NCBI GenBank assembly: GCA_050575255.1
Contig: JBNZDD010013718.1
Span: 1,000,429-1,064,428, forward strand
Source: Harriotta raleighana
Taxonomy: Eukaryota
DNA length: 64,000 nt
Direction: 5' to 3'
Shown piece by piece: positions 1 through 12,352 of this stretch (the stretch's first letter is position 1; each line of letters begins with the position of its first letter). The notes beneath the pieces were generated by a model. The model saw only the letters and a program-made list of their open reading frames with translations, was not told the DNA's origin and did no database searches. A program made the translations under genes and the position numbers.

Positions 1-1307
1 TTCCCTCTTTCCTTAAACTAGCAGAGGCACAGGCACGATGGGTCAAAGGGTCTCTGTTTGTGCTGGAAATCACACTGTTTCCATTAACAAGCGACTTAGA
101 AGGAATTTTGGACTGTGTAGCTTTATCCCAAAGTATTACCCCTCATCTTTTCTTGCCCATAATTGAAAATAGCACTGAATAAACTATGATTGCAGCACAG
201 CTGACAGGCAATCATCCAGTGTGATTTTCAAAAACAAATAACAATTGAAACCTACATATATTGTACAATATATCCAGTCAATTCATTTTACAGCATATTC
301 TGTGAAGCGCTTTGAGACATCTGGAAGACTGAAAAGTGCTATATCAAATGCAAGGATTATTATTATTAATGAAAATCAAATTCCCTGGATACCTGCCAAC
401 TTTTTTTTTTTACACACACACATACACTGAGGTTGTTGACATGTATTGCAGACTCTTCCTTACTCCTTCCCCTCCCACCTCACACAAATACACACACAAA
501 CACCCATATATGTTAAGATGTTGAAGGTCCCATGTGCATTTATATCACGCCCTTCATGCAGGCAGTGCCTTGGAACCCAGTACATTGGTATGATTTGATC
601 AGCCAGAGGGAGAGGTAACCAGAGGCACGGTTCGAAGAGAAGCGTCTTCAAGGTGCGATCTGAGGATGGGGAACGAGTGATGAAAGTGGAGGGATTGAGG
701 CAAGAGAGTTGCTGAGGTTTGGGGCACAGTGGCAGTAGGTTATGGCCACCGATGGTGGAACGGAGGGGGTCGAGATATGATTCTCACTGATTCTCCCCTC
801 GTCCCTGCCCCTGATTTCCTTAAGAAGTTCAACTGAAGATAATAATAATAATAGCATTTGATATAGTGCTTTTCTTATCGACATCTCAAAGTGCTTCACA
901 GAATATACTGTACAGTGAATTGACTGTATATTTGTGGGCGAAACGCGGCAGCCAATTGGCTTACGGAAAAATTTCACGCTTCATTCCATTCCATTAGCAC
1001 ATACTAGGTTTATTAATGGATCCAGTTACATTTCAAACAATATTGGCATAAATCTTTAAAGAACTCACTTATTTGACATGTGAAGGAATCTGCAACTCTT
1101 TCACTTTGACCGACTGCTCTCTCACTAAACTAAATGTTCTTCTCCCTCCAACCCCCTCTCTCCGCACTTTTAAGACATTTCTTTTCAATCATACATTGAT
1201 CACATTCTCCCTCGCTGTTCCTCCTCCCCTCAGAAACCCCTCAGGTTGGGCTCGATAAAACGGTTTGAGATGCCCTCTGGACATGACAGGCGCTGTGTAG
1301 AATGGTT

Positions 1308-1690
1308 AACAACAAAAACAACAACTTGCATTTATATAGCGCCCTCCCTGCCGGGGGGCGTCTCGGAGCGTTTCACAATAACAGAACTCGGGGCCAAGCC
1401 AGGGGGAGGGAGAAGGTGACCACAAGCCAATTGTGCGCAATTGGCTGCCACTTTTCGCCCACAAATATACAGTAGACCAGAGGCAGTGGGTACTGCTGAG
1501 AGGAGAGAGGAGGTTAGAGAGGTGAAGGGTTGCAGAGGAGTGGAGGGAATTAAATACTAGTGTAAGGATCTTGAAGGCGATCCGCTCTGTGACAGGGAGC
1601 CAGTGGAGTTTGGCAAGATCTGGGGCGATCAGGGTACCAAGGTTCGTGTGAGTGGGAATGCGGGGCGGCGGAGTTTTGGATCAAGCTGAA
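1308..1690 (-). mobile_element. Degenerate L2-like LINE 3' fragment
   Basis: (AAC)n tail and ttgcatttatatagcgcc terminus; body resembles 1989-2793 (gagccagtggag = LHWL). Confidence 0.6.
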
Positions 1691-1988
1691 TTTTTTTATT
1701 TTGAAAGGTTGTTGTTGATCAGACGAACCTGGGAAGGAATTGTTCTGCTGTCAACGCCAGTGGGACAACTTGCTGACTCTTCAGGAACGTGTTTACGTTG
1801 GTTGTGTCAGAAGAACATCACTGGGGGAAAAAATACACAACAGCACAACGGCTCTTTTCAAGATCGCTCACCGCCCAATATAGTGTTTCCCCCTCCCCAA
1901 AAGGCATGCGGATAGCCACCAGCATTTGCAGGGGTCTGTTTTTTTATCAACTCCTGTCAAGAAGGGAAATCTAAAAGCTTTAAACGCC

Positions 1989-2793
1989 ACAACAACAACA
2001 ACAACAACAAAATTACACTTATAGAGCGCGTTTCACGTCAGGAGGACGTCCCAAGGCGCTGGACAGATTGGTTCAGGACCCGAGCAAGGGAAAATGTTCA
2101 GGGCGAGGGGGGGGAAGGGTAGGAGCAAGGAGGGGGTAGAGAGTCGAGAGGGGAGTTGAAGGCACGGTCGAAGAGAAAGGTCTTGAGACCGGCCTTGAAA
2201 GAGGACAGGGAGGGAGCGAGGCGAAGGCACAGGGGGATGGAGTTCCAGAGCCTGGGGGCTGAGCGGCTGAAAGCCCGGCCGCCGATGGTAGGACAGTTAG
2301 GGCAAGGGCTGTGGAGCAGACCAGTGCCAGAGGAACGGAGGGTACGGGCAGGTAGATAGGGGGATAGTAGGTCGGAGAGGTAGGAGGGAGCAAGGCCGTG
2401 AATGGCCTTGTAGGTGAGGATGAGGATCTTGAATTCGATCCTCTGGGGGATGGGGAGCCAGTGGAGACGGGCGAGGGTGGGAGTGATGTGGTCTCGAAGC
2501 CTGGTGCGGGAGAGAACACGAGCTGCAGAGTTCTGGATGACCTGCAGCTTGTGGATGGAGGAGCCGGGAAGGCCTACAAGGAGAGAGTTCCCATAGTCCA
2601 GCCTTGAGGTGATGAAGGCGTGGACTAGTGTTTCGGCAGCATGAGGGGTGAGGCAGTGTCGTAGTCTGGCGATGTTCCGGAGGTGGTGGAAGGCAATGCC
2701 AGTTGTGGCGCGGATGTGGGGGAGAAAGGACAGCTCAGGGTCAAATAGAACACCGAGGTTCCTGACTGGCTTTGCGAGGTGGAGAGTGCAGCC
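1989..2793 (-). mobile_element. 5'-truncated L2-clade LINE (ORF2 C-terminus, 3' UTR and (GTT)n tail)
   Basis: Minus frame reads VRNLGVLFDPELSF...HAFITSRLDYGNSLLVGLP...LQVIQNSAAR...HITPTLARLHWLP...FKAGLKTFLF without stops; typical L2 ORF2 end. Confidence 0.9.
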
Positions 2794-4514
2794 TTGGATG
2801 CTGATGCTGTCTTGAGGTTACAAAAGGGAGCACACTGACTGGAATACACTCATTGCTTCAGACCAGCGAAGCCATATGAGCCTAATCCTATTTCTATATA
2901 GAATATCGTGAATTAGATTGCGGCTGAAACAATATCTGAACACGTTGCTCTTTACAACTCAGTCCCACCCAGAGCAAACAGTGAATTAAACAACTGATTC
3001 CCTTTCATTTGCTGGGCATCTCAGTCGCTCATGGTCTCGGCTCCGAGTCAGAAGGTTCTGGGTTTGATTTTCCCCCCACACATTGTAATTTTTCGCTGTC
3101 CCAATCTTGGTTGACACTTCCTGCAATGCTGAGGCATTTGTGGTTGTGTATGTGTTGTTGGAAACACCATCTTTCAGATGACTTGTTAAATCGAGGTCTC
3201 TTCTGCATGTTCAGGTGGAGTTAGTTAAAAGATCCCGCGGAATTATTCGTGTGGGGAAGGTGATCTGGCTGACAATGCAACACAAAAAAAAATCATCATT
3301 TCATTACTTGTAATGCAAGGTTGTGTAAGGTGCAGCCATGTGGAATTTGCTCATTAAAGCAATCCATTGGTTAGTTCATGTTCCTACTTGAGGTTTCTAA
3401 CCGTGTGTGTGTATGTGTGTGTGTTTTTTTTAAAAAAAAGCAAAGACTGATCTCAATGCCCTGAATTTAGGCTTGAAAAGCCACAGTGTTTTGACTCGGA
3501 AGCGAGAGGGCTACCTTCTGAACCAGGCTTCCGTCTCGATCCATTTTAGCGAGCCGCAAAACTAGGGCCAAGCGGGTTTATTTTTTGTGTGGGGGGGAAT
3601 CAGTCAGGCATTAGCACATCTCGCCCCAACAAAATTAAAAATAGCCGCCCTAATCTAGAGGTGTCCATTGCAGTTAATTCGTAATTTGGCTGAGGTTCCA
3701 CTATACGGTATCGTGTCATGACGTGAGGTATCACAGGCTGAGTCCTTGAGTAATGGGGCCCTTTGTTAACAACGGTCACTCGGTTGTTATTACTGCTCTT
3801 TTAAAAAAACATGTGCACAGCTCCTCGTAAACCTTATTGCCCAGCGCTATTGCATTCTGATGGGCGCTCAGAATTGCCAGCAAACATTGCCTCGAGCCTC
3901 ATCACTGCTACACCAATGTGAGCGCATTCGCATGACTGATGTGTGGTTCAAAAATAACAAGGATTGTACTTTTTTTTTCACAATTTCCGTGCTCTGCCTG
4001 CAGTGTTTTGTCGCACTTATTCAGCGAGAAGGGATCAGTTAAAGAGCACCTTCAACCTCCTTCCAGCCCTTAAATAATAATAATAATGATAATAATAATA
4101 ATCCTTGCATTGGTATAGCACCTCATCACATCGTTGAGACGCCTCAAAGCGCTTCACAGAATATATTAGAAATTGGATTTTTGTGGGTGAATACACAGTC
4201 ACTGCACTTTGGGGTAAAGTCCTTCTGACAAGGTGTTAAACCAAATACAGTACAAGGATTATTAATATTGAATTCATACATCCAGAAGTGGGCCCTCCCA
4301 TCACAACATTGAACTGTTTCTCAAGTGAGTCCTATTGTTCTGATTGAATACAGATGTGAAAACAGTTGAAGCAATTTCAATAGAAACAAGGAATGAAAAA
4401 TTTGAGTTTTTTTAATCCTGCCTTAGCACATCTCCAATTACTTTATCTTTTCAACACATCTAAGAGCATTTTTACAGCAACTTGACCGCTGAGGACGTGA
4501 CTTCTGTAGGCAAA

Positions 4515-4805
4515 CAGAGTTTAAACCTGCGTTTAAACTCCATCCCGCAACCCCTTCGCCTCACTTCCTCCCTTTCCTCCTTTAAGGTCGGTCTTAAGAA
4601 NCCGCAACCCCTTCGCCTCACTTCCTCCCTTTCCTCCTTTAAGGCCGGTCTTAAGAACTTCCTCTTCAACCGTGCCTTCTGCTCCCCTCCTAACTCTTCC
4701 CCTTCTCCTACTCTCCTTCCCCTTCCCCCTAATCTGACCGCCCCCACAACCTCCGCTCGGGTCCTGACCTGATTGTAATTGGAGAAGTAATTTTGTTGTT
4801 CTTGT
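4515..4805 (+). mobile_element. L2 LINE 3' end fragment
   Basis: NSIPQPLRL...SSFKAGLKNFLF matches the 1989-2793 element; ends in gtaattttgttgtt. Confidence 0.7.
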
Positions 4806-5747
4806 TAAACCACTCTTATCTCAACCAAGTTAGTGCTATTTGCAAATGAACTCTACAGGGAGTAATGAACAGGTTATTTGTCTGCAGCAATGATCACAGC
4901 CCAGGATCCTCAACCTATATGAGCAGCTGCACAGTCACTATTCCTTACACTGAATGCCTTGAAGCGCTTTGTGACGTCCTCCCAACGTAGAAGGTGGTAG
5001 CTAATGAAATACTGCACAAGTGGTGTCATTATTTCCAAGCAGTTACCACTGGGTACATCTCTCCTGGACTCTGCTGTGAAGTTAGATGGTGTGGGACTAG
5101 GTTTTCTGGGTTCACTAAGGCAGGCTTTCAGACACTGGACCAAATCTCCAGTTGTGAGCTGGTGTCCTTATTGTGAAATCCAGTTTGAATATTGCCATGT
5201 TTTAGACCACATCGTGATTGTGAAATAACACAAATCTTAACCCAAAACAACACCAGCTTATTGCATTTACACAGCACCTTACCCATCGGGTGGATGTCCC
5301 AAACTGCTTAACAATGCTGACTGAGCACCCGAGCTGGGGGTGGGGAATGGGGAGCGGGGGAAGTGGGGGGAGGAAAAAGACAGAAAGCATGGGCAAGGAG
5401 ATGCATCTTGGGACAGATCGTGAACGAGGACACAGGCTTTACCTGCAGTTTGGCCATTAAACGTTCGTCTAACACGGTTTTCTATGATGCGTTTGCTGCT
5501 TCGGTTGTGTTTAACGAGCTGCTTTTGCATTCTTGTTGTGCCCAGGATTTACTCCTGTGTCACTGATAATGGAGGGCTTGGCTCCCTCTCTCACAAATTG
5601 TGAAGTGTTTGGTTTCGAGATTTTGTTCCACCGTACGTATTTGCTGGAAAAATGTATAAATTGCAGGGAAGGAATGAGAAGCTGGCAATCTTTGAAGCGA
5701 GCGTTGAAAAAAATGGAACAATTATTCTACAATTCCAACATCTGCAG

Positions 5748-5978
5748 CAGGGGAGGCCAACTTTCTGGTCGGCCAACCCAATAAATGTCCTAGATTGAAT
5801 ATTTCTTGACCTATGCCATAAATCAAGATACAGTATATTGAATCGAGAAAACTCAAAGCACACGACTGACCCAGAGTGAACTTACCTAGACTGGTGTGAA
5901 TGTTGGGAGGGAGGGGGTTGCTTCTTGGAGGTCCCGAGTGCCACATCTGGCCCCCGGGCCATGCGTTGGTCACACATG
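5748..5978. mobile_element. Old non-autonomous hAT (Charlie-like) MITE
   Basis: Imperfect terminal inverted repeats CAGGGGAGGCCAAC (5748-5761) and GTTGGTCACACATG (5965-5978), with the subterminal ccacatctggcccccgggcc motif typical of Charlie elements; target-site duplication not recognisable. Confidence 0.5.
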
Positions 5979-7904
5979 GTTTAAAACCTTAAAAGTCCAT
6001 AGAAATTGCTGGGGATTGATTAATAATAAAAAATCACTAATAATCTTTGCATTTGATATGGCGCCTTTCACTTCAGAGTGACTGCATTTCACAGGATTTT
6101 ATTTTAAAGTGAGTGGGGTGACTGTATTTGATAGCCAACACACTCTAAATTCCTGAAAGGAACTGAAAGAATTGCCCTTTTGAAAGAGCCAGCATAGACT
6201 TGTAAACAAAGTTGTAATGGGGGTATGGTAGGGTGTGTGTTCTGAAAGTGTTGTGTAGGATGGGCTAAATGGATTGCTTCATCCAAACCAATCATGTTAT
6301 CTTGCGATCCTATGGTTCCTCCTTTGCACAGCTGTGCGCGTATTCTGACTTATGACTCTTTTGAACCTGGCTGAAACATTTCTCTTTAACATTGGGCGAT
6401 ATGAGCTTCCTTATTACTGGTTTCTAAATAAAACCATCCCTTGTAAACGTGCCTAGTGATTACGTGTCTAATAACAAGGAAGCCATGCAGAGTGAAACTA
6501 CAGTTCCGTAGAAAATTGTGTGATTGTGAATGTTGAGCTGTATTACAGTTTGCACAGTTCATCTTGAACACAGGCCCAAGGGAGACACTTGAAAATACAA
6601 TTCACTTTGTCAAAGTATGCTAAACATACGATCAAAATAAGCAACGTGTATACATCACAAGAGTATATTTCTCCCAGTGTCCTGGTCCAAAATTTCATCT
6701 GTTCCTCCCTCCCTCCCCTTCCCCCTCATTAAAATTGATCGCTCACTTCATAGTTGTTTGGCCTCTCCAAGCCATACAGTCTCTGTGCTTTGCAAGAAAT
6801 GGCAGTGATCTATTTTGAGATATCCTCCTGATATGGAAGGCGCTGTATCAAAGTCAAAGTTTGTTTCAGCAAAGGTTACTGCGATCAAAGGCGTCAACCC
6901 TGTCTCAACATTCTGTGCCTAGAGTACATTAAAAAATTACCACTCCCATCATTAATCCTTGTCTGTTCCTTAAACAACCTGCACAGTGTTTTCACTTGAC
7001 GGTTCGGGGTTGGTCTAGAAATCGCGCTGTTTTTGAGAGGCATCCCGGGGCAGCACTGAATCAAGTTGCTCGGGAGTCGGTTTCAGACAGATAGGCTTGA
7101 AGCTTCGGTTAACTTTCATGATGCTCTTCCAGTTTGTCCATGCAGTTGTTCGTTCAATGGCTGCAGATGTTGTAGTAAAATAGACGCTTCTCAGCTTCGG
7201 TTGTCTGCCTTGTGCCGCAGATGGTCACTCGTTTCACGTCGGGATCTTAATCTTGCCAGATCTGTGGAAGCTAAGACATTCTGTACGTTTCCACACCTAG
7301 GCGGACGGGAATTAATGTGTCATCCCAAAAGATGGCACCTGCCAACAATGCAGTGGCTCTCTCGCTCTCTCTCCCCGCCTCTCTCTCCCCTCCCCAACCT
7401 CAGCAGTCTTGCACCTGGAACTGTGAGCTCAAAGTCGAGGCCATTGGGCTTGAAACTACAAACTTTACACAGAAGCGCAAATGTTACTAACCGAGCTAAG
7501 GTGACAAGGTGGTTATTAGTTTTACAGTAAAAGCCCATCTATCTGGGACCTGGCCAGTGCTGGTCAAATGGCTTTCCGGTTGAACGTTTTTAAAAAAATA
7601 TATATATNGCCAACAATGCAGTGGCTCTCTCGCTCTCTCTCCCCGCCTCTCTCTCCCCCCCTCCCTCTCCCCTCCCCAACCTCAGCAGTCTTGCACCTGG
7701 AACTGTGAGCTCAAAGTCGAGGCCATTGGGCTTGAAACTACAAACTTTACACAGAAGCGCAAATGTTACTAACCGAGCTAAGGTGACAAGGTGGTTATTA
7801 GTTTTACAGTAAAAGCCCATCTATCTGGGACCTGGCCAGTGCTGGTCAAATGGCTTTCCGGTTGAACGTTTTTAAAAAAATATATATATATATATTTTAA
7901 CGCA

Positions 7905-8130
7905 TACCATATTAATAATAGACTAAATAATAACAGATAATAACAATATTGTATGGGTATTTTATTGTAAATGTTGTGCACTGTACCATATAAATAATAG
8001 AGTAAATATAATAATAACAGAATATTGCATGGCTACTTTATTGTAAATGTTGAATAATACTATATAAATAATAGACTAAATACACAAATAACATTACTAT
8101 AATAACAGAATATTGTATTAGTACTTTTAT
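7905..8130. repeat. AT-rich degenerate tandem repeat, about 3 units of 75-80 bp
   Basis: Recurring ataatagactaaata...aacagaatattg...tttattgtaaatgttg. Confidence 0.7.
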
Positions 8131-8149
8131 TTATCCTTAACTTCTGCAA

Positions 8150-8400
8150 TGGCCTCCACGGGAGGAAAACACAATGGCAACGCGACTTTTAAAAACACAG
8201 CAGTAGCGCGACTTTAGGCTGGCTAGCAGCCAGCCGATATACCTGCACAGTACTCGCGTGCGACAATCAATTCATAAATGCTACATTGCTATTCTGCAGG
8301 ATAACTTCCGGTTTATTGAATCGGGACTTTTTTTGAGATGCCGGTTCAACGGGTTTCCCAGTTCATTGAGTCACGGATAAACGTGCTTTTATTGTACTCT
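8150..8400. promoter_or_regulatory. Locally CpG-rich, repeat-free candidate promoter
   Basis: Cluster of CpGs including several CGCG, ETS core ACTTCCGG (about 8304) and AP-1-like TGAGTCA (about 8367), upstream of the gene. Confidence 0.3.
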
Positions 8401-11400
8401 GAACTGAGCTTTTAATGCTTGGATTGAGTTGCTCAGTGGTGTGGACTTCTGGTTCTTTACTATTGCCTTTGAAACCCTTCCTCAAGAGAACGCAACTTTT
8501 CAGGTTTTTCTGAACAAAACAATCTGCGGGAGGAGCTGTAAAGAAAGTCAAGTGTGGTTTTCCGTAGCATGTGCCCATTTGTTTCAGCCCATTAATTGGG
8601 GTGGGGGGAGGAGAGGGGTGGAAACCATTAAACTATGAACCAGTGTTTCTGAACAAACTGGAAACAAATCGAAGAGAGATTCATTCCCAAATTAAAGTAG
8701 GCAGAATATTAACCTGAACTTTTAACAGTGGGTGGGAGGGTGAGGGGGGGGTGCGTTGGAGGGGTGCGGGGAGGGAATTGCTTCCTTCAGGAGACCTTAA
8801 GTTGGAAGCTGATTGAAGTCATTCTTGTTAGCCTGCCACTTGTTAAGCTTCCAGCTGTTTTCAAATCTTGTGTTCCTTCTGCTTTTTACAAGCTGCTCTG
8901 AAGTAATAGATCTGTGTGTGGAAACCGACAAGCTGTCTCGTTGCTGAACCCATCGCCTTGCATTTTCATTCTGTTACATGCAAAACGAGGTCTTCAGTGC
9001 ACAAAAATGACTTGCTCTACAAGTAAAATACCCTACCCTTGATTCCACCTAGGCAAGAATTTCTAGATGTGATGCTTTCTGTTTGTTCTTGGACTATTCA
9101 ACCTCCATGACTCCCCGTGTATTATTAGTTATAAGTTGTATTAACTTACACGAGTGACAAACGTTGCTGGTTCAACAACAACACCTCTTTTGTACCCCTT
9201 AAGCTGAGTTGAGTTACAGACGGAGGCCTCAGTTAAATGTCGGCTGTTTCTGATGCGAAACAATCTGGCGTTTATGATTTCAGTTGCTGCAATCGACAAA
9301 AAGCGCAGTCAAGAGAGAACCGAGCGGGTCAAAACGATTGCGATACCATAGGGTCAGAGGATCGACCCTCAAGAAGAAATAAATTGAAACAAAATCCATT
9401 TCCAATCTGTTTCCAATTGAAGAAAATGGCATTGATGTTCTCTATACTGCATGGGGCACATTAACAACATGTGTAGGTATATAGGAGGCCATCACTGGAG
9501 ACCCAAATTGGATCAAAAACATACAGGTCCTGACTCAACCCCATAGCGGAAGCACCCACTCCCACAAAGGCGATAGTGGTTTAGAGATACTATGCTATGT
9601 TCACAGGGCAACCAGGATCAAACCATTCATACTACTTCTCACCCACATCACCTTAAAGAAAATAAGGAGTTCATATCGGGTGGAAAAATTAGAATGACTA
9701 GCGAGTTTACATAATCTGTTGCTACCTTTTGAGTATTTTCTGGATTTCTGAGTGCTAATAATACTCCTTGAATTTGATATCGCATCTTATCAACTATTCA
9801 AGGTGTCCCAAAGCGCTTCACGGAATATACTGCAAAGTGAATTGACTGTGTATATCTATGCGGGAGAACCGTAAAAGATGAAATGTACATGAAAGTACTT
9901 CTTCAGGAGCTAAATATTGTGTGACCTGAAAGGGAGAGCTGAATATTGTATGTCAGCTCCCAACAAACAAACCACACAGAAAATATTTAGCTCTTATTCA
10001 TTCATTTGCTTAATGAATGGATGATCTGCCGTATGTTTCAGCATTTCTTGTGGTTCTTTAGCTGAGAAACAGTTTGAAGTTTGCAGTTTTCTTTTCTGAT
10101 GGGCTCTGATTGTCTAGGTTTAGCTCACCACCCGCTTCCCTTATCTCTGACTTTGGAAACTTATGAAAACGTTTGTTTTGTATTGATGGATATGAACGGG
10201 ACTGACACCAAAGCAAAAGGTCAAATTTTAATTGAAGAACACTCTTCAGTATTTGACCTTTTTGTCTGTATAAGAAACGCAGTTTGGTTTGATAATATTA
10301 TCAGTTGGTTACTGTGTCTTTCAGATGACGCATTACATTTCCTGGTCCTGGCCAACAATTGGCAAAGAAATAAACATTTTTGTTTAAAAAAAACTTGGTC
10401 TTGTACTTTATGGCTGTTTGTGGGACACTTCTGTTCGAAAAATTGGCTGTTGCATTCTCCTACAAAAAACAGTCACTCCACTTTCCAGTACTGAGGAACG
10501 TTTTGAGATATTCTCCTGACATCTCATATGTAAGTAAGTATTATTATTGACGGTAATTAGGATGAATTGGATTAGGCGGTCTAACACAATATCGGTACGC
10601 CTTCATCAGTCATTAAATGATTTATTTACTTAAACTATTTAGTGATGCCACATCCTCTTTAACAGTCAGGCCCGTTTTTTGTTTCAGATTTGTTAGCCTC
10701 ACACTGCCCTTTCCAAAACTTTGCTAAAGATGAATAATGGAAGGTCTCGGTCATTGAATGCTGTGGGTGTTGCCCTTTATTGGGAAAGTTTTGCTGTCAC
10801 AATGACTAAATGTTTTTAAAATACATTTTGATGTTTGCACTGTATCATGCAGTTTACATGTGTTCCCCCCCCCCCCCCCCCCCCACCCACTCACCCTCAA
10901 GTGTTGTTACTGAAAAATGAAGTAGTTAGAAGATTAAACCACTTGCTCTTTTAAGGGTTTCTGATTTCTTTTTCTAAAGAGGAACTATTCTAAACATTAG
11001 CTTTTTAAAAAATCTTCTCTATTTGCTTTTTTGTTTAAAACAAAACGCACAACTGTTAATAATAATACTAACGTATGATGCCGCGCCTTTCACATCAGGA
11101 GAATATCTCACAAAGTGCTTCAAGGGATGTACAGTAAAGTGTAGTGTTGAGAACACGGTAGTGTGGGCGTTCTATGTGGTTGGAACGAAACACATGGAAT
11201 GATAGGGCCTTTCCCATGTAATTTTGTATTCGCTGTAATTTTTCACGTTCTCGCATCTCTTCCTCTCCCCTCGGCATGAAGAGCTTAATAGTGTGTGGTA
11301 TTAAACTCCAACGCAGATCAACCAACTGGATGTTGCTTTTACATTTCAAGAAGCAAGACGATTCAGACCCCGCAAAAATATTTAAAACGCTGACTTTTTC

Positions 11401-12024
11401 ACACCTTGCGATCGGATCCCATCCATTAAGGGTGAAACGTGCCCAGGTTTCTGTTTGAAAGGTACTGCACACATTGTGTATTCATAGCCTGAGGCTTGTT
11501 CAGCCAGCCAGAGCATATCCGTCACACTACATTGACACGTTTCCACAATAATTCTGGAATCTGCAGTGTCGTTCCCATCATGGATTGCCTTTGGCCCATG
11601 ACTGACTGATTGAAAGTAACCCAGAAAGTGGTGATCAACACCCAACAAGAGCAAGTGGTTCTGGCAACTTAGCAATGCACACAGGACTCCCAAGTGCAGG
11701 TTTAACACTGCAACTGCATCGCTGGATTAGACGTGACATCGACATCAACAGTTTTTTTTCCCCCGTTCCAAGAAATTCTAACGATCATTCTAATTTAAAA
11801 CCACTCGCTTGAATGATCTTTTTATTTTTACTCCGTACACGAAGATTCAAACACATTCTTAAGGCCGTGACATTGAATAGCCTGCACAGTACTTGCAGGT
11901 AGATACTTGTGGAAACATCTGTGAAGGAGCTGACATCATGCTGTACATTTTGTAGAGATGTATGTTTGATTTTCTTTTGTGAGTTGCTATCAGCTGATCG
12001 CAGTTACCTATGATACACCACCTC

Positions 12025-12352
12025 AATAATAATACTAAAAAGAATCCTTGCATTTGATATAACGTTCTCTGTGTCTTCCAGATGACTCAAAGCCCCTCCC
12101 AGAATATACTGTAAAGTGAATTGACTCTATATATGTGGGCGATATGTTGGCGAAACGTGGCAGCCAATTGCGCACAGCAATCTCCCACAAACATTCGTGG
12201 ACTGAAATGACCAATTTCTTATTGTTTTTTTGAGGGATTACTATTAGGTGTGTGGAGTCAGGAAACTTGCCCAAGGTTTCGTCTGCCGGGAATTGAACGC
12301 AGGTCTCTCGCTTGTAAGGTGTGTGCTCAAACCACTGAGCTACAGGACTCCA
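12025..12352 (-). mobile_element. tRNA-derived SINE, near full length
   Basis: Reverse complement: GGAGTCCTGTAGCTCAGTGGTT (A box), GTTCAATTCC (B box), shared body, ATCAAATGCAAGGATT tail. Confidence 0.85.

Noticed and set aside
4543-4660. Direct repeat of about 57 bp
   Set aside because: Split by N at 4601; assembly overlap inside an L2 fragment.
7066-7530. 154-aa + strand ORF; likewise 10081-10494, 11095-11472 and 60470-60973
   Set aside because: Mostly non-ATG starts, no recognisable domain, and they run into repeats or microsatellites.
7341-7890. Apparent tandem duplication of about 270 bp, with twin ORFs 7320-7538 and 7590-7820
   Set aside because: The copies are separated by a single N (7608) and differ only at microsatellites: an unmerged contig overlap rather than biology. 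The ORFs lie in SINE-like sequence.
1-8200. SLC27A2, the head-to-head neighbour of ATP8B4 in human
   Set aside because: No acyl-CoA synthetase-like exons recognised on the minus strand in this window.
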